DNA of 64,000 nucleotides. Source: Eledone cirrhosa (lineage: Eukaryota). Where the stretch lies: positions 45,508,001 through 45,572,000 of the forward strand of contig OZ024743.1 of NCBI GenBank assembly GCA_964016885.1, read 5' to 3'. Below are positions 13,016 to 26,999 of this stretch, in pieces. The notes under the pieces were generated by a model. That model made no database searches, was not told where the DNA came from, and saw only the letters and a program-made list of their open reading frames with translations. The translations under genes were made by a program, and so were the position numbers. Position 1 is the stretch's first letter; the number at the start of each line of letters is the position of its first letter.

Positions 13016-13240
13016 CAATGATATTAAATAAATGGAAACTATATTTATAAAACCATATTTATTTTATTATATATATTTCAATGGTAACCAAGACGACATT
13101 GGTACGCTTTCATCACATAAAATAAACTTTGTATTTTATCTGATGAAAACGTACCAATGTTGTCTTGGTTACCCTTGAAATATATATAATAAAATAAATA
13201 TGGTTTTATAAATATAGTTTCCATTTATTTAATATCATTG
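13016..13240. repeat. Fold-back palindrome (~110-bp arms) of a pLTR-like end
   Basis: 13016-13124 is the reverse complement of 13132-13240 with few mismatches. Confidence 0.85.
13132..13196 (+). ncRNA. Type-I hammerhead ribozyme
   Basis: tattttat CTGATGA aaacgtacca...tggttaccctt GAAA tatata TA ataaaata; 8-bp stem I; the mirror copy has a mutated core. Confidence 0.65.
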
Positions 13241-13249
13241 TATATATAT

Positions 13250-15976
13250 TCATGACCTGACATTAGTTGGGTTCTATAGGCCACCACAAACACCCATACT
13301 CTGCTTCAAAGAGTGCCTCAACAGTATTAAATACTTTATTAAACAGTGCCATTCTAGCAACATACTTTTGATGGGAGACTTTAATCTACCTTGTGTTCAT
13401 TGGTCTACATGTAGTTTGAAACCAGGATCCACAGCCTCAACCACTGATAAAGAGACTGTCGAGTCACTTCTTGACTTCATGAATGAGTTTTTCTTGTCCC
13501 AACTTGTCCTTGCACCAACGAGGCATCAAAAGAAAATTCTGGATCTAGTGTTTAGTAACCACACTAACACTATACGTAATATTACTGTGGAAAAAACCCT
13601 TCTCTCAGACCATGACATTGTTCTTTGTAACCTGAGATTCCACCAGCCGAAAGCTAATCCCAGGGTCCTCTCACCAGCCCACCCATTTGATAACATGGAT
13701 CTCTACAATGCCAACTGGGATGCAATTATGAACGAACTATCACATGTCCACTGGTCTTTTACACACGCACACACTTCCACCAACATAAAAATATCTTGGC
13801 AGATCTTTGTAGACACTGTCATAAATATATGTACAAAGTACACCCCACCAAAACTTGCGAACAAAACCAAGTGCAGTATCCCCCAAAACAGAAAAGCAAT
13901 TATCAGAAAAATAAAAAGAACAAACCAAAAAATTAACACACTAAAATACTGCCAACAGCAACACACACATTCAATGGCTATTACCCTGCTTGAGTAAAAA
14001 AAATATAACCTCCAGCAATGCATGATGACCATCATCAATAACCAGAGAATAGCTGAAGAGAAGTGGGCCATTGAGAAAATCAAACTCAACTCCAAAGTGT
14101 TCTTTTTATTTACTAAAAAAACACAAGGTCACCGTTTCCACTGTTGGCCCCCTAGTTGATGAAAATGGCACACTCCAGGACAATGCCAAAACCATGGGCG
14201 AGATACTGCAGAAACAATACTGCTCTGTTTTCAGCACCCCTGATATGGCCGATCTGGGCCGTATCAGTGATGTTAATCCCCAACACACTATATCAGACAT
14301 AGCGTTTGGCGCCCCTGATGTCTTAGCGGCAATAAACGAAATTAAACACAATTCAGCAGTAGGCCCTGACAGGTTCCCTGCTTGTGTCCTGAAGGTGTGT
14401 CGACACCAACTTGCATCTCCTCTTGCTAATCTATGGAGGAACTCACTGGACACTGGCTGTATTCCTGAAAACTTTCCGTCCCAGTCCGTTGTCCCAGTCT
14501 TCAAAAAGGGAAATAAGTCCCTTGCAGTGAACTACCGTCCGATCTCACTCACCTCTCATATTATCAAGGTATTTGAGAGGGTAGTGAGATCACGAATAAC
14601 CCACTTTCTTGAAAGCAACTGTCCGCTGAACTCCAACCAACATGGGTTCCCTAGTGGAAGGGACTGCCTAAGCAGCTCCTGCATCACTTTGACGATATTT
14701 TGAGAGCCTTGGGAGAGGGCTCCAAGACTGATATCATCTACCTTTACTTCAGCAAGGCGTTCGACAGGGTTGATCATAAGATTCTACTGAAAAGACTATC
14801 CAATGTTGGTGTCTCTGGAAGGTTAGTACAGGGGATCAAATGTTTCCTGACAGGCATAACCCAGCATGTTGTAGTCGAACGAGTAAAATCAAGCCCTGCC
14901 AAAGTCAGCAGTGGCGTCCCACAAGGCACTGTGTTGGGCCCACTTCTTTTCATCATCCACATTAATGACATTACTGACATCATCAAGCACAGCAACATCA
15001 GAATCTTCGCAGATGATTCCAAGCTCCAAAGCGTCATCAATGAGGTGCGTGACCGGACTTGCCTTCAGTCAGATCTACTGGCTGTTATCCAATGGGCAGA
15101 AATGAATAATATGCTGTTGAATGAGGATAAATTTGAATTAATCCACTTTGGAAAAAAGGATGCCCTGAAACTACCATACTCTCTTCCTGCGGGTGAAACT
15201 CTAGTGGCATCCAATAACATCAGAGACCTGGGAGTAATTGTGGACAACAACATAAACTGGGCCACTCATATAAACAGCAAAGTTGATATGGCCCGCAGAA
15301 TGTGTTCCTGGATTCTTAGAACTTTCCAGTCGAGAGATATTCACACTGTTATCCTTCTCTTCTCCACTTTTGCCCGATCCCACATTGAATACTGTTGGCC
15401 ACTGTGGTCACCCCACACGAAACAAAGTATCATGAAAGTTGAAGCACCCCAAAGATTAATTAAAAAAAAGATAGATGGCATGACAGGCCTTGACTATTGG
15501 AGTCGATTAGAAAAGCTCAAACTTTATTCTCTCCAACGTCGCGGTGAGCGTTACATTATCTGTATGATCTGGAAAATATTCTATCAGCTTTGCCCAAATG
15601 ATGTTGGCATCACCTTTAATGTAGACCCAAGGCTTGGGCCCCGTGCTATCCGCCCACGACAAAAATCTCACTCGCATCACATAACAACAATACGGCACAA
15701 TTATTTCACCTCAATTGGCCCTGCACTCTTTAACATTACACCAAGACACATCAAAGCAGAGACAGACCCCATCAAGTTCAAGAAGTCTTTGGATAAATTC
15801 CTTCAAGAAATCCCGGATAAGCCTCCTACACCCGGATAAGCCTCCGTAAACAATAACTCTCTGCTCGAGTGGGCCATGGTGCCCAAACACTGATATGTAA
15901 GACTTGGCCAGGTGGTGCTATTAAGTTAGACATGGCCTGGGCTAATACTGGCCGAAACCTATCAAAGTTATCAAAG

Positions 15977-15979
<3 letters not shown>
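13250..15979 (+). mobile_element. 5'-truncated CR1/L2-group LINE ORF2 (APE + RT), frameshifted
   Basis: APE motifs FYRPP, MGDFNLP, ILDLVF, SDH; RT motifs NYRPISLT, QHGF, FSKAFDRVDH, GVPQGTVLGPLLF, FADD; 3' tandem atcaaagtt. Confidence 0.9.
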
Positions 15980-16053
<74 letters not shown>

Positions 16054-16839
16054 AATAATGATGAAGTAATAAGTATATCAGCATGTGTGGGTAGACAGAT
16101 ATAATAATAGTATTAATAATAATAGACGGGCTCAAGAAGAAAAATGATTAAGAACATCCTTAAATTGATAATGAACGGAAATTATCATTTCCACATATCT
16201 TGCACCATCGGTAGTATTGCTGATACTAAAATCACCATATAAATATCTAAAGAGAGAGACAGAGTAAAATTTAGTTGTCTTACATTAAACTGATATAAAG
16301 ATACTTTAAGATATTAATTATTTTCATTGATATGTAATTATATTTAAATATTTCTGATAATTGATAATTGCTTATATTAAATTCTTAAATAGCAAATTGT
16401 AAAGTAATTACCCATTTTATCGTTTCAATATGAGTAATTCCTTTATAATTGCCTTCAAATTTTCTGTAACAACATTTCCTCTCCGATACAACAACATAAG
16501 GTAATTACTGTTAGTACATAGAACTTAATTTAGTTTTTTTTTTTTTTAGATTTAAGAAATAAGTTAAGAAAACTTTACTATGTTCAAGTTGTTTCTTATT
16601 TCAGTCTTACATTTATCCATCTATCTCTGGGTTCTTAACCCCTCGTTGAGTCATAGGGACACCATAGGGATATACCTTGTGTCTTATTTACACCTCGCGG
16701 AGTCCATCCTTCTCCAGGTCTGAACACAGACGATGCTTTCCAGGGAAAGATAAAGCTGAAGCTGTGAGAGACAGAAAGAGAGGAAGTGAAAAAGAGATAT
16801 AGAAGTAGAATGGTACTTTATTTTTTCGTGAGTGAATAA

Positions 16840-17028
16840 TAATTGTTTCTACTTTTGGCACAAGGCCAGCAATTACCCAGTATGTTACTGGTACTTTATT
16901 TTGTCGACCCCGTAAGGATGAAAGGCAAAGTTAACCTCGGCGGGATTTGAACTCAGTTCGTAAAGGGATGTAACTATTTGCTGCAAAGCATAGCGTCCTA
17001 CCCTCTACCGACACTGCCAATCCACCGC
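16840..17028 (-). mobile_element. Nin-domain SINE
   Basis: Reverse complement of the 4132-4325 family. Confidence 0.8.
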
Positions 17029-18133
17029 ATAATAATACTATAATAATATTATTCGTATTCAGTTTGTTTGCAAGCAAACACCCTCATTAACACCATGTGT
17101 GTTTTCTAGATAACCATGACATCCTTTTTTTCCAGCGGTAGCTGAGAGAAAACAGTTGACAATTGTTTCGGAGTTGTTGCTTTTTATCGAGACTGTGTAT
17201 CTTCGTTGCTGCTACCCATTGGAACTGCTGAGAATACATAGTATTATTAAATGTAAATATCGGCTGATTAGCCTAATTTGCATACCCAGCGATTTTACAG
17301 CCGGCTTTTCCGAAAATTAAAACAAATTTTGGTACTTTGTTTATTGACGTAGAAATGAGGAACATTAAAGTTGTCCTCGGCGAGAATTGAACTCAAAACA
17401 CAGAGATTTGGAACACATAACTCAAAGCAGTTTATCCTACCTTCTAAAGACTGCCAATTCACCCCCTTTGTTGTATCACACATTGGCAACACTAACAAGT
17501 TTCAATATCAACTAATCAATCAAGCAAGTGTCATGCCGTTCAACGTAAACGATCGTGTCTACATTTTATACGGCCTCTAACAATTTGACTTCTCTACCAC
17601 TAACCAACATTTTAACCCATCCATTAGTCTTTATGCTTGTCGGTCTTGAGTCTTTTTTTCTTTATTTGACTTGACTTTTCCACTTGTTACCAAATGTTCT
17701 GGAGTCTCTTGTCATAACAGAAAAAACCATTGCCACATGAAATCCGTGTAAAGTCATGAATTAAAGTTTCAATATAGGAGGCTAGATGAGTAGCTTTCCA
17801 GACTGCCCTGAGTTTGGAAAAGCAAGCAAGATAGAAATATTGAAACTGAATACAAAATGACGATTATATACATTGAATGTTATATTTATTTATACAATAA
17901 ACCAATAACAGTGACAGGTTAGTTTCTGACTTCCACCAATACTCTAATAAGTATATATTTCTTCATTGTATTGTAGTTGGCTTTGTTGCTCCCGTTTATT
18001 TTTCGCATACATACACATCTGTGTGTGTGTGTGTGTGTGTGTACGTAAAAATTAAATGCTACCAGCAAACAATACAATACAATACAATGAATAGATATAC
18101 TAGTTTAATGCCTAATATATTAGGAAAATAGTA

Positions 18134-18171
18134 GTCTTAACGTTTCGGACACTTGTCCTTCATCAGAAGAT
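18134..18171 (-). ncRNA. Minimal hammerhead motif (no stem III loop)
   Basis: RC: tctt CTGATGA a ggac aagt gtcc GAAACGTT aaga; self-complementary AACGTT implies dimeric folding. Confidence 0.6.
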
Positions 18172-18587
18172 AGGATGAGAAATAAAATATGAAATAGAAA
18201 GATAGAGAGTGAGAAGAGAAAGGAACGGAGAAAACTTTTTTTTTTAGGAAACCGTGTGTATATTCAGTGAGCCATTTTTGATGTATATATGGATGGATGA
18301 ATGAATGATGTCTCAAATTCCTGAAGCTCGTCAAACCGAGGGAGATTATTCCGGCGTTCCTGGGTTTAACTGATTGAGAGTTCAATAATCCTTACTGGAC
18401 GTGGCACTAGTCTATGGCAAAGTTAACCACCAACAGCTGTTGGAAATCATTTACTCCAGAGAAAAGGAACAAATCAAGATGTTCGTCAAATATAGATCGG
18501 TAAATAAAACTTACGACAGACTTTATAAATACATACTGGAGTCAATATAAGACAAACAAAATTATCACTGTTGTTATTACGTCATCA

Positions 18588-19305
18588 TGGTGGATTGACA
18601 GTATCGGTAGAGGGTCGGACGCCATGCTTTGCAGCAAAGAGTTACGGCCCTTTATGGTCTGAGTTCAAATCCCGCCGAGGTTATCTTTGCCTTTCATCCT
18701 TACGGGTTCGATAAAATAAAGTACCAGTAATACACTGGGATAATTGCTGGCCTTGCGCCAAAAGTAGAAACAATTATATTGGCAGTTTAAAGGCACGTGG
18801 TTTTGTGGTTAAGATATTCTGGTCACAATCGTAAGGTCATGAGTTCGATTCCCGGTAGCGTGTTTGGTCCTTGAGCAAGACACTTTATTTCACGTTGATC
18901 CAGTCCACTCAGCTGGCAAAATTAAGTTGCACCTGTAATTCGAAGGGCCAGCCTTCTCACATTCTGTGTCACGTTGAATCTCCCTGAGAACTACGTTATG
19001 GGTACGCATTTCTGTGGAATGCTCAGCCACTTGCACGTTAATTTCATGAGCAGGCTGTTCCGTTGATCGGATCAACTGGAACACTCATCTAAGTTCAAAT
19101 TCCGTCGAGTTCAAATTTGCCTTTCATCCTTCCGATATCGATACAACATAATTGTTTCTACTTTTGGCACAAGGCCAGCAATTATCCCAGTGCATTACTG
19201 GTACTTTATTTTATCGACTCCGTAAGAATGAAAGGCAAAGTTAACCTCGACGGGAGCATAACTCTTTGCTGCAAAGCATGGCGTCCGACCATCTACCGAT
19301 ACTGC
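18588..19305. mobile_element. SINE cluster: Nin SINE (+, 18588-18776), tRNA SINE (+, 18789-19088), partial Nin SINE (+), Nin SINE (-, 19149-19305)
   Basis: Matches to the two SINE families seen elsewhere in the window. Confidence 0.75.
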
Positions 19306-19593
19306 AGTGAAGTACTAGTGGTCGATATAATCAACTTTCGCTTTCTCTAAATATTGTTGGGTGTTTGTCTACTAATTTTCTTCGTTGGCAAACCCATGAA
19401 GCTTGCTTAGAGAGGAGCGTAATTTTTGGACACCTGTGCAATGTAAAACAAAACCATAGAAATGGCAGAAAAACTCAGGAAAGTCAAATTCCATCCAAAA
19501 AGAAAAAAACCGGTAGACAGAACTTTGGTTGGCAGTTTGTGTAGGAGCAGAATCCTTCTGATTTCGAAACCTGAGTAAATGGGTCTCCTTAGT

Positions 19594-19735
19594 GAAGGCG
19601 CATGGCTTAGTGGTTAGAGCATTAGGCCTGCAATCGAAAGGTTGTGAGTTCAATTCTCGGACCGGGTGATGTGTTGTTTCCTTGAGCAAGACACTTTATT
19701 TCACGTTGCTCCAGTTTACTCAGCTGTAGAAATGA
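19594..19735 (+). mobile_element. tRNA-derived SINE
   Basis: A-box tggcttagtgg, B-box gagttcaattc, ccttgagcaagacactttatttcacgttgctcc. Confidence 0.75.
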
Positions 19736-22199
19736 GATGATAGGACTGGGGGTCCCTATCATTAAATCACCCAAGACACCTCCAACGAGATATACCTTGG
19801 AGGAGGCCAGCTAAACCTGCATAGGTGTGAGCTGTAACAACAACTTAGTTACCTTGGGAACAACCTTGTAAGCAGTCAACGGCTTCATACTGTGATGAAG
19901 GTGGATAAGCTGCGGTTCGGTAGCCATGTTCTGAGTAATGGTCGGACGACGTCACATTTCCCCAGTGAGAATCATAAACATACAGCATCATATAAATTAT
20001 TATTGGCGCAATTTATTATGGTTCCTGATCCACAGCAATGAAAATGGAAAGAGACTAGACCAATAAAATTAGAAACCTTTATAACAGGAATATATCTAAA
20101 TCATAATAGTTTATGCTGGTTCGTATATCTATGGCTTTAACGATGTTAAAAGGATGTTTATTGCAGTGGTTCGTTGTAACTTAATATTGTATTTATAGCA
20201 AGGGACAATACGAAGCTTCCGCTCACAAATAAAATAACGACTTTTCCTGATATCGTTGCTGAATAATTCTGATTGCAGTTATAATCACCGAGTCCATTAT
20301 AAAGACTTTTCACAAGATAGTTTTAAAAAATTAAAGATATAAATTTGTTCGTAATCATAATGATAATGTGTATATATACATACAGAGATGGAGAGAGTAT
20401 GCGTTGATGTGTGAAAGAGTGGGTGTTTGTGAATGAGCGAGAGAGATGGAGGGAGAGTGAACGAGAGACAAAGGGGGCGAGGGAGGGAGAGAGAGAAAGG
20501 GGCGTGGTACGGATGACATTTCCAATTACTGTGTGACAGAAGGCGTGACAAGGCTGTCATTTTGAATTAGAGGTACAGCCTCTCCATCTACACAGTTTCC
20601 TTCTACTCAATTTCACTCACGAGGCATCGATAAACCTAGGACTATGAAAAAGCCTTTCTCAAAATGACACGTAGTGAGATCGAACCCAGAATCTCATGAT
20701 CGTAAAGCGAACTTCTTACCCACTTGATCATATATGCCATTAGCAGTGTAAGGAACCAGAAATTGTTTTAGCCAGGATTAACACGGATTGTTCAGAGATT
20801 ATCTCTTATATATAGTAAACAGTCAGCTTCCTGTTGTTGCTACCACTAGCATAAATGGACTTAGCTAAATACCACAGAACGCTGTGTATGTTCTTGTTCC
20901 TCTTCTTTACTACTGGCCACAAGGTTTCACTGATGTTGAAATTAAAGGGGAAGTCGTCGAAATATCCAACTGCTCATGCAAAATAATTATATGAAATACT
21001 GCCATAATCATATATTTATCCGTTAATGTTTCATGAAGTTAGTCACGTATTAATAATAACATCTTCTCCAGATTACCTTCATTTATTCCCTGTACCATTA
21101 AGCTCTGTTATAAACTGTGAAGACTCCTCAATGAAATCTCAAACTACACTAAAAAAAATATGCGCTTCGAAATACATTTAACAATTAAAGTGTAGTATAC
21201 ATGATATAATTTATGGTGTATCTATATATATATGCATTACACTTGAATTCCTATTATGGTTATTACGTTCTGTATCGTTATAAGATACATATATTTATTC
21301 GGCTTAACTAGTGCGAGAAATAGGTATCTGGTTGCAAACTCAACTCCTTAACCATTCAGCCATGCCGGCGTTTATTGAAATGAAAATGAAATTTAGAGCT
21401 CACACCTATGTAACTTTAGCTGACTTTCTACGAGTTACATCTCATATGAGGTTACGTGGGGTTTGTTAAAGATATGAAACTCAAGTCCTATCGTGAAAAG
21501 CAAGGAGAAACGAAGCGAATTTCTCAAGAAATCCGACCAACGACCTTATGATTATCGGTCAAACATCCTAACTACCTGGTTATAAGCCTATCATTAGAAA
21601 CTGTTTCTAAACCTGTTCAATAGATTTTACCTGTAATTTAAAAGGCCAATTTAGGAAATTGCACTGTGTTATGCTAAATCCCACCCAGAATTGCATTAGA
21701 AGTACACGTCTCTGTAGAAAACTTAAGCATCTATATATTCATTTCGATGTTCCACTGATCGAACAACTGGAATACTCGTTGTTGGAACCGACGGAGGTCC
21801 ATTCTGTGTCAAAATATATAGCAATATGTATCATTAGTTTTACAGCCCCTAAAGCGATTGAAACTTATACGTGTTAAAGTTTATATTGAAAACATTCTAA
21901 AATCCAAGGCCTCGTCATACAAAAAAATGTACCTTAACATATACAGACGCCGTTAGTACACGGTTAAGAGAGGTGGACTAAGGCTTGGGGAATAATTAAA
22001 AGTCTAACAAATAAAACATACGACAAAATACTAGCTACAACTACACTCGAAATCAACTTATCATATATGTTATATCACTAAACATCCACATACTTACACA
22101 TTGATTGCAATATCACTTCCCCTTCAGAAAAGCTACCGCTTCTTTGCTTCTAATTATTTGTTCGTAATACATACATGCATACATATATATATATATATA

Positions 22200-24690
22200 T
22201 AATACCATACTAATAAATACCATGGTATTTTTAATAAAAATGTAATTAAACCATCATTCTCTACAACCCCTAATATTAGTTCTCATTTAGCTAGCACTAA
22301 CAATAGGAAAATTAGGGACAGCTACTCCTCTTTGCGTACTACTAGTCCTGATAGATCCATTAATGCCTTACCACCTGAGCAGACCTTCTTATAATAACCC
22401 TAGGAGTGATGCATCACTCATTCAGCCGGTCAATAGCACCCGGAAGTGTAACTGTAGAGTAAGTATTAACTGCCCTTTAAATGGTCACTGCCTCTCTAGG
22501 AACATTGTTTATGCTTGTGAAGTTAAGACAAATTCTTCTAATAGCACATATATAGGCTCCACATCTAATACTTTTAAAACTAGGTTTAATTCTCATATAT
22601 CTAATTTTAAGCATGTTAAGTTTAAGAACTCTACTTCTTTAGCACACCATATCTGGGATCTTAAAGGGGCTGGTATGCCATATAGCCTTAATTGGCGTAT
22701 AGTAGCACGCTCTAATAACCTATCAACACACACTAAATTCTGTAATCTCTGTATCCTAGAGACCCACTCTATAATTTTCTCTAGGGAAGTTTTGCTTAAT
22801 AGAAAGTCTGAGATATTTTCTTCCTGCCCCCATGCCATTTCTAATTCTTTCTTCTATTATAGACCTAAAAGTTCTGGTAGTTTAAATCGTATCCATTAGC
22901 TGCTATATTTCCTTATCTTTTTTGTTTAGGTTCATTTTGATTACCATCATCATTATTATTATTAGTTTTTTACAGCTTTTCGATTTTAGTTTCCATAGTC
23001 TTTTGGCTACCATACCCTATCTATCTTCTTAAGCATTATTATAGTTTCACTACTAACACCTTATGAGTTTATATCTTATTAAATACTTCGTTTGGAGTCT
23101 CATTCAACTAATGAACCTCCTCCTCTACACACTTAATATCTGCCCCTTCTATTATACTATATATAAATTTCACCTTTATGCTCCTTTTTATGATATTATA
23201 TAATATATTGATTTTACTTTTATGCTCCTTCCTATCCTCCATAACCTCTCTTCTTTCTGTTCCCATTGGTCTACCATAGTTCTATTTAGAGTCCTTTTAT
23301 TTGATAACGTTATTCGACTGAACGGAGCATATTTTACTCTATTCTTGATAATTTTATTGAGATATCTTAAACTTATACGATTTTGATGACTTAAACACTA
23401 GCCAATTTTGAAGTGACTAAATATGTATTTTAAATACTTTTAATATTAATTAATTTAAAAAGGTTTTCTAGTCAACTCTCCGGTTTACATTTCTATTTTT
23501 TTTCTTTTACTTAACCGCTTGTGACACCTAAGTAAATATGCTTGTTTTTGTTTTTCGATCTTCGGTTTATTTTATTTATTTTTTTACTACCACACGCTGT
23601 CTGTCTGATCATGTAATTTCATTAATATATGTCTGTGTATGTCAACCACGTAAAGCATTTCCTTACACTCTGTTTGCTATTTGATATTAACGTTGTTATA
23701 TCATATCATTTTTATGTAATCGCATTATAGATTTTAATATATGTCTGTTATTTGAGATACTGTTCTGTTATATTTTGTAATATTTTGTGATATTTTGGTA
23801 ATATTTATGCCAATGTAAAATGACTTGACCTCCGTGTATTTGTTACAATGGTATAGATATTTTTTCAGCACAATTTTTTCAACACAATTTAATTCTATAT
23901 GATTTTTTTCTTACCCTGTGTAAAACTTTATACTATTTGTTAACCTTGAATTATATGTATGATGTAATTTTATATATCTTTTAATGCCAATATTTTATAA
24001 TATTGTTATTATAATGTTATTATAATGTTTTTGTATTGTTTATGCACACTGACAGGGAATTATATATTATATTTTATTTTTATTTTTATCTTTATTCTTA
24101 TGTTTATCTTTATTATATTATACTGTAAACAATATATATATATATATTTAAATACTTAATAAGTGTTAGTTTGTGTTTGTACTAATGTGTATATGTATAG
24201 ATATATATATATATACATATATTAAGCTTTTTATTATCACCATCTATTATATTATATTATATTCTATATCGTACTGTAATTCTCGCATTATATTACCATT
24301 TGTGTTTCAAGTTTTTGCATTATACAATATTTGCAATATGGGTTCAGCATGTTAATCACTTCCTTGCTATTTGGTCTATACCTATGTTTGTAACTGCTCA
24401 CTCTTAATCTTAGCCAACTTTTCCTTGATATCTTTCCTAAGCTTTAATAGATGTATACTCCATATTCTTCTGAGTTTTTGGCTTGTATTGGCCGATAGTG
24501 CTTCTTGTAGCTTTACTTGCCCTGATGAGTCCTTAATAGGACGAAACATTGTTGGCTAATAAAGACTTTTGATGTATTGAAGGCTTCTTTGTTTTAATTT
24601 TTATAATTCTTCGGCTCTGTTTAATTACATTGAGCTATATCTTATACTGTCATTTCTATAATATGAAGAGGGTGTTTAACTCCAACACAC
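22200..24690 (+). mobile_element. 5'-truncated Hydra-type Penelope-like element: GIY-YIG plus ~1.7 kb AT-rich 3' UTR
   Basis: KYH..FN..IK.SFSTTPN; ORF 22363-22899 CNCRVSINCPLNGHCL..NIVY..YIGSTSNTFKTR..CNLC..LNRKSE..SCPH; terminal HHR followed by AATAAA. Confidence 0.85.
24519..24556 (+). ncRNA. Type-I hammerhead ribozyme, canonical core
   Basis: gcc CTGATGA gtcc ttaata ggac GAAAC att GTT ggc, then AATAAA. Confidence 0.75.
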
Positions 24691-24705
24691 TCTAGTATTT
24701 TAATT

Positions 24706-24745
<40 letters not shown>

Positions 24746-24779
24746 AGTGTGTATGTGTATGTGTGTGTGTGTATGTATG

Positions 24780-24958
<179 letters not shown>

Positions 24959-25584
24959 AATCAGGAAAGAAGAGTGACCCGGTTTGCTATACAAAAAAAG
25001 GTTTAATCTCATTGCTGACAATTGTTTCTCTGAACTGGTAGGTCTAGAGATCGCTATCCGCTTATTTTCACGTTACTCGATCGCCAATGCAAAGTTATAA
25101 CCAGTCAGTTCATCGGAGCTTGCGAGAATGAAGAGAATATACAGGCATGAAAAGAATATACAGTCCACTATAAGCAGTAGTAATGGCATTCAGTTAGAAC
25201 AATAACAACAATATCAACAATGCTAGCAATAAATTATTTGAAATAATCACAACATCAATCTAGAGGGAAGTATAGTATATCTATGATTTTAGCGTGTAAA
25301 ACTAGCTGACATGAGGCAGATGTATAAAATTGACATGTAAAAACTGTCGTAGGGTGTATTATATCAAGTGTAAAGATAAGCTGGTGTTTTTAAACAATGT
25401 AGGTCAGGTGGCCGTAATAGTCGGTTTTTATCTGACGGATGAAGGATTTATCACTGTAGTGGAATTTGTGTGGTCTATATTAGATGAGATGGCTGTCTAG
25501 CTTTCTCATCATCAATAACATATATGTATAAGACAACACTAACAAAGCTAAATAATGGGCAAGTTAATACAGAGGTTAAGGAGG

Positions 25585-25631
<47 letters not shown>

Positions 25632-26100
25632 TGCACACAAACATATACATATATATACACAGACACATACATACAAAGAGAAAACATGCTGACTATAATT
25701 ATAGCAAGAGGAAGGTAAAGTTCTGTTGTATGTTCTTGGATTTAGGATCAAGTGCTGACAGCAGCTGAGAAGAGATAAGTTTATGGGTTGATGAGGTACT
25801 TACAGACATTAGTGTGGTATAGAACTAAGAAGGCTAGAATGTACTTAATGATTATATTTATGTGGTGATTCGTGCAGAGTAGTGGGTATCCTAGTTGAAA
25901 GCTATGTTACGTCGGTTCGATTCATGGAGGTTTAAATCTTATGAATTTAGTGGCGATCACTACACCTAAGTGGACAGCATATAACAATTATGTGTTACCC
26001 CGTATATATATATATATATATAACGAAGGAAATGTGGTAAGGAACCAGGTGGACCATAACGCACCAAAGTACTCAATACTTAGGGTAGTAGAGTGGGTAA

Positions 26101-26284
26101 TAGGAACAAGTAAGACCCCGACGGCTGAGCTCAAGCCGTTTCGACGGCTAATTCTGTACTGAATGAAAATTTATTCTGGTATTTAAATCATCTGGATCTA
26201 AATACCAGAATAAATTTTCATTCAGTACAGAATTAGCCGTCGAAACGGCTTGAGCTCAGCCGTCGGCGTCTTACTTGTTCCTAT
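26101..26284. repeat. Fold-back palindrome containing the 3' half of a hammerhead
   Basis: ~80-bp arms; GAAACGGCT tgagctc AGCCGTC forms a full stem III; related sequence at 9060-9115. Confidence 0.8.
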
Positions 26285-26688
26285 ATATATATATATGTAT
26301 ATAATATATATATAATATATATATATATATATGTATATATATGTATATATGTATATATATATATGTATTTATACATATATGTATATATCTATATATATAT
26401 GTATTTATACATATATGTATATATCTATATATATGATTTTGCGAGGTTTTTTATATGAAATCGTGTGTCGAAACAGATATTGTTATATTTGGGGAGGGTC
26501 ATATTTGCGTAATATTGCCAGAATTAATAACAGAACACACTCACTGTTTGGTTGGTTTTCGCTTCTCGCTGTCTTTTATATATATATATCTGCGATCTAA
26601 CTTACTCGGTCCTCAATGTTGCCATTGACTGACCGGCGGTCAAAAATAATACAGATACAATATAGACAAACACATATATATATAGTTT

Positions 26689-26730
26689 ACATAAATCTTT
26701 CGTTGCACATCTGCAACATCGTCAGTGGTG
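26689..26730 (-). ncRNA. Hammerhead motif in the Naiad 3' UTR (weak stem I)
   Basis: RC: cca CTGACGA t gttgca gatg tgcaac GAAA gatt TA tgt; same position as the 55448 HHR in the related element. Confidence 0.55.
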
Positions 26731-26999
26731 TTATATTCATTGTTCCTCCTGTTGTGTTGTATGTCTACGCCATTTTTTTTTGTTCAGTCTGTCTATATAT
26801 TTATTTATTTATTTGCTTGTTTGTTTATCTTATTTTATTTTGTCTTCTTTGCGCATGCGTTTGCGTGTGTGTATAGTGTTATGTGTGATGTGTGACTAGT
26901 GTGTATAGTGTTGTGTCTGCTGGGTGACTAGTGTGTGTTTATGTGCTTGTGTATGTATTTATTTATCTTATTTTATTTAATTTAATTTACTTATTTATT

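Noticed and set aside
17100-17240. Possible host exon
   Set aside because: Short open frame with no recognisable homology and weak splice signals
25059-25119. Hammerhead-like CCGATGA...GAAA on the minus strand
   Set aside because: Mutated core, 3-bp stem I, no stem III
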